From Octopus sinensis (lineage: Eukaryota), in assembly GCF_006345805.1 (NCBI RefSeq), contig NC_043024.1:7130001-7194000 (forward strand): a DNA stretch of 64,000 nucleotides, given 5' to 3'. Below the pieces are notes generated by a model. It was not told the DNA's origin. It did not search any database and was given only the letters and a program-made list of their open reading frames with translations. Position 1 is the first letter of the stretch. Each line of letters opens with the position of its first letter. This document shows, in pieces, positions 53,360-64,000 of this stretch. The translations under genes were made by a program, and so were the position numbers.

Positions 53360-53850
53360 TTTCCTCAGTTCTGTAAAAGAACTCAGAAGGTTGGACCTCC
53401 AACCAGGCCTTTCACGATACCCTTAAACCCAGGAACTTTACAACACCCTGTCTTATGTATTTGTGAGTGTATATACATACATACATACACAAGGGGATTT
53501 TTCTAAGCCCTGTAAAAGAACTCAGAAGGTTGGACCTCCAACCAGGCCTTTCACGATACCCTTAAACCCAGGAACTTTACAACACCCTGTCTTATGTATT
53601 TGTGAGTGTATATACTTACATACATACACAAGGGGATTTTTCTAAGCCCTGTAAAAGAACTCAGAAGGTTGGACCTCCAACCAGGCCTTTCACGATACCC
53701 TTAAACCCAGGAACTTTACAACACCCTGTCTTATGTATTTGTGAGTGTATATACTTACATACATACACAAGGGGATTTTTCTAAGCCCTGTAAAAGAACT
53801 CAGAAGGTTGGACCTCCAACCAGGCCTTTCACAATACCCTTAAAGCCAGG
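53360..53850. repeat. 139-bp tandem repeat (about 3.5 units) within a mariner-type MITE
   Basis: ORFs with identical translations at 53463 and 53602 give the 139-bp period. Confidence 0.9.
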
Positions 53851-55136
53851 AAATTTTCAGCGTCCCCACCCCTATTACTCACTGGAAAACTGACATAATA
53901 CTGGAAGCATCCAAGAACAGAATGATATGCAGTACAACAAAGCACAGCACAAGTCAGGTATAAGGATGTGGACCATTGCAGCACATCGCTGCATCTATCA
54001 TTTGTTGGTAATTACTTTAGGCTTGCGGAGGCACGTGGCTTAGTGGTTAGGGTGTGGGATTCATGACCATAAGATTGGGGTTTCAATTCCTGGACGAGGC
54101 GATGCATAGCATTCTTGAGTAAAACACTTCATTTCATGTTGCTCCAGTCCACTCAAGTGAAAAAATGAGTTTAGCCTGGAGAGGGAAGGGCTCTGCCAGG
54201 CTCTCTCGCCCAAGACATGCTGCACGGTTGCAGTGCCCTAACAGCCCTGAAGGGGTTAAGGGACTTGTCAAAACTTAGGTTTCCCTAAGCAACACTTCAA
54301 GCAGTATCCTCATCAGCCCCCATCTTCACAAGGTACTTCCTCATCTGCCTTGACCATGAGGCTTGTGGACAACCAGCATGACCTGTGACCTGTTACCCCA
54401 ACACAGGATCTGAAAGGTCCAAGGTCTGCATCATGTCCCAGTGTCTACTTTGGCATGGTTTCTACAGTCAGATACCCTCCCTAATACCAACCACTTTACA
54501 GTGTGTATTCAGTGGGTTTTTTTCATGGTACCAGCACTAGTGAAATTGTCATACAGCTTACAAGACCAGAGAGTGATTTTACACTAGGAGATGAGAAGTT
54601 AAAGTATAAGGGAAAGGCCCAGAGCATTATAGGCCTCTCATACAAGAACTACACAACTACACACATTTTAGACGCAAGGGAGGGGACAACATGGTTTCTA
54701 TAGCGGAAGGCCCTTCCTAAGGCCAACCACTTGGCAGGGCAATCTGGGTTCAGTCCCACAGTGTAGCACAGGGACCAAGTATCTTCTACTATAGCTTCGA
54801 GCTGACTAAAGCCTTCTGAGAAAATCTGGCAGATGGAAACTGAAAGAAGCCCATCATTAGTGTGTGTGTGTGTGTGTGTGTGTGTTTGTCGCCTACCACC
54901 ATTCAACAATGGTGTTGGTTTGTTTACATCCCCATAACTTAGCAGTTCAGTAAAAGAGACCAATAGAACAAGTACCAGACTGAAAAGGAAAGAAAAAAAA
55001 GCACTGGGGTTGATTTGTTGGACGAAACACTTCAATGCAGTGCTCCAGCTTGACCACAATCCAATGACAACTGAAACGTTAGCTAAATTCATTTCTACAG
55101 TTCATTAGACTGGAGCAACAGGAAATGAAGTGTCTT

Positions 55137-55358
55137 GATCTCAATCGAAGGAGAGGGGCTTTCTCCGTCCGGGTTGCGGATCCGTGGAATAAGCTGCCGG
55201 ACGAGATAGTGAAGATGCCGACAACCGCTCGGTTCAAAGTCTCTCTTGACCAGAAATGGCCTGAACTCTTTGCATGAACACCACCCTGTACATAACTCCA
55301 TGTCCCCCTACATGGCCTTGCTTTTTGCTTTTTGAGCCAAAAAATTAACTTAACTTAA
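55137..55358 (+). mobile_element. CR1-type LINE 3' end
   Basis: RRRGAFSVRVADPWNKLPDEIVKMPTTARFKVSLDQKWPELFA*, followed by a short tandem tail (aacttaactt). Confidence 0.8.
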
Positions 55359-55516
55359 TGCTATGCATCACCAGGTCCAGGAATTGAAACCACAATCTTA
55401 TGTCATGAATCCCACACCCTAACCAGACAAAGGAACCCACACAAAAATCAGTTTTTTTTTTGGTTTTTTTCTTGCCAATCACCTTTCACCAGACTTTAAC
55501 TTCTGCTCATACTCAC

Positions 55517-55621
55517 CATAAAATGTGCTGTAAGCGTTACCAAGAATATGTACTGGTTCATCTGTTTGTGGGAAATCGACTAACTCAGCAGGACCGCTCT
55601 CGTATGTCAGACACACAGAGG
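55517..55621 (-). CDS. ATG4: ATG4 cysteine protease, first identifiable coding exon (start exon lies further upstream, not found)
   Basis: cag|..|gtgagt junctions. Translates (x)SVCLTYESGPAELVDFPQTDEPVHILGNAYSTFY, similar to the human ATG4B N-terminus (DFPETSEPVWILGRKYSIF). 105 nt, phase 1/1. Confidence 0.92.
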
Positions 55622-55820
55622 CTGGATCGAAGAACCGCAGAAGTAACAAAGGAGGAGAAAAAGAAAGAAAGAGAAAAAAAATTACAATTAATTTTCAAAC
55701 AAATCATTTTATATTCTGTTTAATACAAAAATTATCTTAACCCTTTTGTTACCGTATTCCTGTTGAAACACACTGCTTTTGTTGCAATTAACTTTGATAA
55801 TTACGAAGAATTTGGTAAAA

Positions 55821-56316
55821 TATTGGGTTGTCCGGAAAGTTTGTGCTGATTTTTAAAGGAAAGAAAAAGATCAATAAATACCTGCCACTACATTTTTAAT
55901 CAACCAGATATGAACCATTTTGTTGCACAATGTGTCTCCATCTTTCTGTAACTTGAAAATATCCTCTTCTCAGAATTGAGGTGGTTTCATGGCAAAGAAT
56001 TCCTCAAGGTATCTTTTTATGTCATCCAAGGAATTGAAATTTTTACCATTAACACATCCCAGCCGAGCTGCAGTAATTTTTGTCTGGTTCCCAAGGCATC
56101 AAGTGCCGAAAATGAACTTTCTTATCTTCCATTTTAAAGGGTTACAGAATTAACACAGGTTATAGGAACATAAATCTTCTTCCATGAAAAGATAGCTTAA
56201 ACTGTGCTCTAAATGGAGATGTAGTCAAATCCTATTTTATGGACTCAACCATGTTCTAAAATAAGTTGAAAGGTAAGCTACTATAAATTGGCACGAACTT
56301 TCCGGACAACCCAATA
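55821..56316 (-). mobile_element. Internally deleted mariner element
   Basis: TIRs tattgggttgtccggaaagtt / aactttccggacaacccaata. The minus strand retains a transposase C-terminus (FNSLDDIKRYLEEFFAMKP..RWRHIVQQNGSYLVD*). Confidence 0.88.
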
Positions 56317-57289
56317 ACTTTTCTGATATTTGGAACATAAATTAACATACTTGGAACATAAATTAACATAAATTAACATGGAAGGTTTTTAATTTCGATC
56401 ACTTTAAAACAAGAAGTTTCTATCAAAAAGCCGCACATGGTTCCAGATTCAGTCCTACAGTGCGGTACCTTGGAAAGTGTCCTCTACTATGGTCCCAGGC
56501 TGTCTGAAGCCTTCTGAGTAGATTTGGTAGATAGAAACTGAAAGAAGCCTATCACGTGTGTGTGTGTGTGTGTGTCCTCCACCAACAGTAAAAGTCTTGA
56601 CAACCAGTGTTGGTGTGTTCACATCCCCGTAACTTAGCAGTTCAGCAAAAGAGGCTGATAGAATAAATACTAGGATTACAAAGAATAAGTCTTGGAGTCG
56701 ATTTGTTTGACTAAAGGCAGTGCTCCAGCATGGCCGAAGTCAAATGACTGAAACAAATAAAAGAATAAAAAGACCGGGCGTGGCTGTGTGGTAAGAAACT
56801 TGCTTACCAACCACATGGTTCCGGGTTCAGTCCCACTGCATGGCACCTTGGGCAAGTGTCTTTTACTATAGCCACAGGCTGACCAAAGCCTTGAGAGTGG
56901 ATTTGGTAGACAGAAACTGAAAGAAGCCCATCATGTGTGTGTGTGTGGGTGTCTGTGTGTCCTCCACCAACAGTAAAAGTCTTCCCAATTAAAGGTGAGT
57001 TCTGCTATTGGATGAAGGTTCTACATTGCCCAAAGCACAACAGAAGGACTAAGATTCCAACTTGAATCCTTTCATTACCATATTTCTGCAGAAATATTCT
57101 CTCTTTACTTACTTGTTTCAGTCATTTGACTGCAGCCATGCTGGAGCACAGCCTTTAGTCGAGCAAATCAACCCCCAGGACTTATTCTTTGTAAGCCTAG
57201 TACATATTCTATCGGTCTCTTGCCGAACCGCTAAGTTATGGGGCATGTAAATACACCAGCATCGGTTGTCAAGCAATATATATATACAT

Positions 57290-57791
57290 ATATACGACAG
57301 GCTTCTTTCAGTTTCCGTCTACCAAATCCACTCACAAGGCTTTGGTCGGCCCGAGGCTATAGTAGAAGACACTTGCCCAAGGTGCCACGCAGTGTCTCTG
57401 AACCCGGAGCCATTTGGTTGGTAAGCAAGCTACTTACCACACAGCCACTCCTACATATATACGACGGGCTTCTTTCAGTTTCCGTCTACCAAATCCACTC
57501 ACAAGGCTTTGGTCGGCCCGAGGCTATAGTAGAAGACACTTGCCCAAGGTGCCACGCAGTGTCTCTGAACCCGGAGCCATTTGGTTGGTAAGCAAGCTAC
57601 TTACCACACAGCCACTCCTACATATATACGACGGGCTTCTTTCAGTTTCCGTCTACCAAATCCACTCACAAGGCTTTGGTCGGCCCGAGGCTATAGTAGA
57701 AGACACTTGCCCAAGGTGCCACGCAGTGTCTCTGAACCCGGAGCCATTTGGTTGGTAAGCAAGCTACTTACCACACGGCCACTTCTGCGCC
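57290..57791 (-). repeat. 167-bp triplication of the SINE head
   Basis: Equivalent positions at 57414, 57581 and 57748. All units share the same private variants (gtctctgaacccggagccattt). Confidence 0.92.
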
Positions 57792-57984
57792 TAATGACTT
57801 TGATTCAATTGATTTTGGAAATATTAAAGAATTTTTCTTTACACTTGTTGAAATTAGTCAGACTGATGTCCTCCTCTTGGTTGCCACTTTTCACCACACT
57901 TCAGCTGTTGTGTGCTCCAGCCTTCTTCAGGTGACAATCAAGATGAGGTCATCAGTCTGACTAATTTCAACAGTGTACATAAAT

Positions 57985-58300
57985 CAAAGTCGGATGTAGA
58001 GGGTTTGTTAGACACAGTGTGAGACGACTGTTGTTATCGCTAGGCCTAACTCATCGTAAAGTCAATCCCACCATGACTGATATACAAACTACAGTGGAGA
58101 AGGCCAGCCCCTGGATTTGGTTAAAAAGAGACGATGAGCAATGGCTAGAAGAATATTGGGCTTTATTTAATAACCAGTTGATCAAGCAAGCGGAGTCTCA
58201 TATCAGTGAGGGGGGGCCGGTGCGCATTGATGCTGTCGAGAGGTAGGCCCCGAAATGGCGCGCATTCTCTCCTGATGACCCCATAAACTTGCTGGCTTCC
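57985..58300 (+). mobile_element. 3' end of a restriction-like-endonuclease (Hero-like) non-LTR retrotransposon
   Basis: VGCRGFV..SVRRLLLSLGL..VEKASPWIWLKRDDEQW, resembling the REL domain terminus. Confidence 0.6.
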
Positions 58301-59079
58301 GGTATGCGGAGTTTTTGACCGGTAGCACTTGCATGTGCAAGTTGTTTGCAAGACATATAAATTCCACATGGGACGAGGTGACGAAACATGATCTTCAGAT
58401 GCTGAGCCTCTCAGTGGCTGAGACTGTTGGTGATGCACCGTGCTTGAAAAGGCCTGTCAAACCATGTGAGATTGTAGTAGTGGTCAATGCCAGAATTGTG
58501 TATACATCACCAAACCTATATATGTATGTACAGACAGATGTGAATGCATGCGTATATGTGTGTATGCACATATGCAGATTCAAGTAGAATAAGTAAGCAG
58601 CCTGACAAACAAAACAACTAATCACAGAATCGAATGATGCTGCTTCAAGAGCAGCAGGTTAAGTCAATCCCATTGACCCCCAGTACTCAACTGGTACTTA
58701 TTTTATTGACCCCCCACACACACCAAGGACAAATGGCAAAGCTCACCTGGGCAGAATTTGAACTCAGGACATTGAGACACACAAAAAAAGTTTCTACCAG
58801 CTCCATCTTAGAATATATCTAATAATCCTGTCTACAAAAGACATACAGCCTGAAGTTTTGGTGGGAAGGGGACTAGTCGATCACATCAGCCCCAGTGTTT
58901 CACTGATACTTATTTTATCGACCCCAAAAGGATGAATGACAAAGTCAACCTCAGCGGAATTTGAACTCAGAACGTAAAGACAGACGAAACGCTGCCCAGC
59001 GTGCTAACAATTTTGCCAGCTCACCACCTTAGAATATATCTAATACTGACATTAGGAAGGGCATCCAGTCATGGAAACC

Positions 59080-59575
59080 ATCATCATTCATCATTGTTCG
59101 ACCGTGGTCGAGACAATGGAATTTACCATGCTACGCCAGACTTCACGGTCCATCATGGCATTACGGAGGTCCTGTTGCTTGATGCCTGTATCCCTGGAGA
59201 TTACATCAGGGTAGGAGAGTGTGCGCCCTCTGGTATTGCGAGTAGATGGCTTCCAGAGGAGAAGAGTAGAAATTGCCTCGTTTTCAGCTCTACAACAATG
59301 TCCAGCAAATGGACTCTCTTACCTTTCACAAGAGATGACACAGGTGGTAGTTTCCCATATATTTGCAGTTTGGTTGGATGATGCTTCCATGAGAGATTTT
59401 GAGCTCTCATAAGGAGGCGAGTGTAGGTTCCATCCAACCGCCTCTCAAGCTTCTTTGATAACGTCCAGGTTTCTGAGCCACATAGTAGAATTGGTTCGAC
59501 TGTGACTTTGAAGATTTCAAGTTTGAAGTCTCTACTTAGATTTGATGACCAGATCTTATGCATGTCATTACAGGC
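59080..59575 (-). mobile_element. RTE-type LINE 3' fragment
   Basis: KIWSSNLSRDFKLEIFKVTVEPILLCGSETWTLSKKLERRLDGTYTRLLMRAQNLSW, with a (GAT)-type tail. Confidence 0.8.
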
Positions 59576-60829
59576 TGACATGACATGACATGGAAACCAT
59601 GCCAAATCAGACTGGAGCTGGTGCAGCCTTCTAGCTTGCCAGCTCTTGTCAAACCGTCCAACCCATGCCAGCATGGACAACAGAAGTTAAATGATGATAA
59701 TGAATGAGAGCTGTCTGAGAACAATCTAAACTGGATTAAATATAGAATTTGGCTTGTATTTAGCAAGAAGGTTGAAGGCTACAGCAGTTAAAACATTGGG
59801 ACAATAACAAACCAGATGAGGACACTAATCTAAACATATACATATACAGGCGCAGGAGTGGCTGTGTGGTAAGTAGCTTGTTTACCAACCACATGGTTCC
59901 GGGTTCAGTCCCACTGCGTGGCACCTTGGGCAAGTGTCTTGTACTATAGCCTCAGGCCGACCAAAGCCTTGTGAGTGGATTTGGTAGACGGAAACTGAAA
60001 AGAAGACCGTCGTATATATATATATATATAATATATATATATATACACATTCAAAATGTGACCGCGTGTGTACCGTTGGCGATTTTTTTTCCTCTGTCTT
60101 CCCTTCTCTGGATCTTTCCTTCTCCTATGTTTCCGACGAAGAGCTCCCTTCCTTCCTGAGCATCCAATAATACTATATTTGTTCCACGTCCTCGCGTTGT
60201 TGTGTTTTCTCTTTGTGTTTTCATGTTTGGATTAACTATATATACATATATATATATATATATGCATGTGTGTGTTTGTGCGTCTGTGTTTGTTCCCCCT
60301 AGCATTGCTTGACAACCGATGCTGGTGTGTTTATGTCCCCGTTACTTAGCGGTTCGGCAAAAGAGACCAATAGAATAAGTACTGGGCTTACAAAAGAATA
60401 AGTCCTGGGGTCGAGTTGCTTGATTAAAGGCGGTGCTCCAGCATGGCCACAGTCAAATGACTGAAACAAGTAAAAGAGTAAAAGAGTATGGTTAATCCAC
60501 ATTAATCCGTAAGGAGCATAAGGTCAGTTTCCTGGTTTCTCTGGCATATATATTCCTCCCTGGATAGGATGCTGGTCCATTGTAACATTACTCACTTTTA
60601 CCAGCTGAGTGGTCTCAGCAATGTGAAGTGTTTTGCTCAAGAACAAAACGCATCACCCAGTTCAGGAATTGAAACTACAATCTTATGACCGTGAGTCCCA
60701 ACACCCTAACCACTAAGCCACGCACCTACACACACACACATTCACTACAATACCATGTGACCCTTCTTGACCAATAACAGCCTATCTCTTGGTAGCCAAC
60801 TTGGACTTCCTGGATCACTTCATTCAGCA

Positions 60830-63030
60830 TTCCATGGTCAGAGACTTAGGGACATCCTCATCAAGAAATTTGATGAGAGGGAGGAGGAGCTACAGACATC
60901 GGACATAGAAGGTAGCTGGAAATTCCTACGGGACAGCTTGCTGAGTGCCACAGACCAAGTCTGCAGATGGTGCAAAGTCCCTTCCAGATGTAGAGTTACA
61001 TGGTGGTGGAATAGTACAGTAGACAAAGCCATTAGAGCAAAGAAACAGGCCTGGAAAGGTGGGGCTAGCAGGGAACTGTACCAGGTAGCCAAAAGGGAGG
61101 CTGGGCAGCAGGTATACATAGCCAAGAGCTTAGTGGAAAAGAAGAAGTTTGCCAATGTCCAGCGATGTGAGGACCAAAAAACTGAGGTATTTCAAATTGC
61201 TAGACAGTGTGTGAGAGAAAATTGTGATGTCACAGGAGAGAAATGTATCTGCATGGATGATGGTGCACTTGCTTTTAATGATTCTTAAAAGAAAGAGGTT
61301 TGGAGAAGCCATTATGAAAGACTGCTGAATGTGGAGAATGAATGGGAGGAGGAGAGCCTGCCAAACGTTGACCCAGTGGAGGGACCAGCTATTCGAATAG
61401 ACAGCTCCCTAGTAGATAAAGCAATTAAGGCTATGAAGCCAGAAAAAGCCCCCGGCCCATCAGGTATCACTGCTGAGATGCTTAAAACAGCTGGTTATGT
61501 GAGCTATGGCCTAGTCACCCGTATTGTAAACCAGGTAGTTCATAATGGAGTCATGCCCAATGACTGGCGTAGCAGCACCATAGTCAACTGCTACAAGGGT
61601 AAGGGTGATGCTCTAGATAGAAATAACTACAGGGGTATTAAACTGTTGGATCAAGTGATGAAGGTCACGGAGAGGGTCATAGCCCATCTCATTAGGGAGA
61701 AAGTCTGCTCAGATGAGATGCAGTTTGGTTTTGTGCCAGGTAGAAGCACCACTGATGCCATATTCCTGGTTTGACAACTGCAGGAGAAATACCTAGCTAA
61801 AGATAAACCCCTCTACTTAGCTTTTGTGACTTGGAGAAAGCCTTTGACAGGGTCCCTCGATCCCTTATCTGGTGGGCGATGTGGAAACTGGAGATTGACG
61901 AATGGTTAATAAGGGCTGTACAGGCCCTATACAGAGAGGTGGTTAGTAAGGTTAGAATTGACAGTGAGTATAGTGAAGAATTCCGGGTAGAAGTAGGAGT
62001 CCACCAAGGTTCAGCCCTCAGTTCGCTTTTATTCATCATAGTCCTCCAGGCAATAACAGAGGAATTCATGACAGGTTGCCCCTGGGAGCTTCTCTATGCT
62101 GATGACCTGGCCCTCATAGCAGAATCACTACCGGAACTAGAAAAGAAATTTCAGGTGTGGAAGCTAGGTTTAGAATCAAAAGGCCTTAGCATCAATGTAG
62201 CAAAGACCAAAGTTCTAGTAAGTAGGAAGGCGAACTCATCACACACACCCTCAGGTAGGTGGCCCTGCTCAATCTGTAGAAAAGGTGTAGGTAGACATTT
62301 CATAAGATGTACCCAGTGTAAGCTATGGACGCATAAAAGGTGCAGCAACATCACAGGAAAATTAACCAAGAAGATAGCTTTTGTATGTGGCAGATGCACA
62401 GGGGCAATAGACACCACAGATACTCAGAAAACAGATTCCATTACACTCCAGTGGGAGAAACTAGAAGTAGCTGAAAGCTTCCACTACCTAGGTGGCCAAG
62501 TTAGTAGTGGGGGGCGGATGCTCAGAGAGTGTTACCACTAGAATAAGAATAGCCTGGGCAAAGTTTAGAAAGCTTCTACCCCTACTGGCGACAAAGGGTC
62601 TCTCGCTCAGAGTGAAAGGTAGATTGTATGATGCATGTGTGCGAACTGCCATGCTTCACAGTAGTGAAACATGGGCTGTGACTGCAGAGGACATGCGTAG
62701 ACTTGAAAGAAATGAAGCTAGCATGATCCGCTGGATGTGTAATGTCAGTGTCCATGCACAACAGAGTGTAAGTGCCCTGAGAGAAATGTTGGACATCAGA
62801 AGCATTGGATGTGGCATGCAGGAGAGACGTTTGCATTGGTATGATCATGTACTACAGATGGATGAGGAGAGATGTGTGAAGAAGCGCCACTCCCAAACAG
62901 GTGAAGGAATCCAGGGTAGAGGCAGACCCAGGAAGACATGGGATGAGTGGGCCTCCACAGAGGCAATGATGAAAGACCGAGACCTCTGGAGATATGCTGT
63001 GACTGTGAAGATCCGACAAATAAAGTGAGT
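60830..63030 (+). pseudogene. RTE-clade LINE reverse transcriptase, 5'-truncated and inactivated
   Basis: KAPGPSGI, NYRGIKLL, QFGFVPGRSTTDAIF, EKAFDRVPR, GVHQGSALS, LLYADDL and FHYLG motifs. Stops at about 61286 and 61772, frameshifts at about 61830 and 62510. Confidence 0.95.
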
Positions 63031-63913
63031 TCATGTCTGTATCCTACACCAGCTTCACACAACCAGCCCCAGCCCATTCAAAGTCCCTTGGATCACAAGA
63101 CGGCCAGCTGTGCTTACCTTGGATCATGGGGCAACCTGCTGTGCTTGAGGAGACCTATTGTGTCAAGTACATCAACATCAAAATAAAAATCAAATGGAAA
63201 TTGTAGTTGTGGTACCCGTGTTTGTGTGTGGGGGCCATTTTTGGATTGGTCCCAGAGTTTATTGTGGTGTGTGTAAATGGGTCAATGTAACACAAACACA
63301 TAGAGATGTGCACACACACACATAGAGACGTGCACAGAGACACACACACTCACACCATTCTGACCTCTGAGACCAATCCCCAAAACCGCTGAACCATGAC
63401 AGACTAGCCCAGAAACAAAAAAATCCTTTTAATTCCACATTGCTCTTCCTTCCCCCACTCCAACCAACCTCCCACACTGTCCCTTAAAATAGCAAACAAG
63501 CCTTAGCTAACACACAAAATTTAAAAAATGCTAGGAAAACAGGTTGGTTCTTCTCAAATTCTTTGTAAACTCTTAAATATATCTCCTGTGTATATATACA
63601 CTACCAAACAAACATGATTTTTATAGAACTCCTAATACTTTTTCTGCGTATGTATATAGATACTACCAAACAAACATGATTTTTATTGAACTCCTAATAC
63701 CTTTTGTTAAATATTTTCTTGTAAATTGTTTTTAACATTTTCTTATCATTATCAAAGAATGTATCGCTGTTTTTTAATACTTTTGTGATAACCAGTACTT
63801 AACACAAAGCTCATATAAAGCTTTACATTTTACTTTTGACAATCTTTTTCTAAAAAAGTGAAACTGGTCAAGTAAATAAACATCTTTAAAATTGCATTTT
63901 CAAACCGTCTTTC

Positions 63914-64000
<87 letters not shown>

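Noticed and set aside
58240-58285. GAAA...CUGAUGA order suggesting a type-II hammerhead in the LINE 3'UTR
   Set aside because: Flanking stems I and II do not pair convincingly.
63340-63365. Candidate ATG4 start exon (ATGGT|gtgagt, minus strand)
   Set aside because: It would end in phase 2, while the 55621 exon needs phase 1. The start exon is left unassigned.

Overview
Eukaryotic, repeat-saturated genomic DNA. The SINE, LINE and microsatellite landscape resembles an octopus genome, which is an inference from repeat style. The main gene is ATG4 (ATG4A/B-type autophagy cysteine protease) on the minus strand. I reconstructed 11 coding exons between 55621 and 23321 (1154 nt), all with AG/GT junctions and consistent phases. 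They include the catalytic GWGCMLR and YLDPH motifs and a C-terminal LIR (EDEFELL). The start-codon exon was not located. A probable first coding exon of a second, unidentified minus-strand gene lies at 399-570. The rest is tRNA-derived SINEs, decayed LINEs (RTE, Tx1/L1, CR1, Hero-like), mariner, pogo-, piggyBac-, hAT- and Helitron-like non-autonomous elements, microsatellites and local tandem duplications. The most interesting signal is invisible in the ORF track: at least ten intact or decayed minimal type-I hammerhead ribozyme motifs from about six or more unrelated sequence families. They sit in short non-coding modules, often with an inverted partial copy and (TA)n flanks, which is a Penelope pLTR or retrozyme-like architecture. 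All structures were read by eye; no folding program or database search was run.
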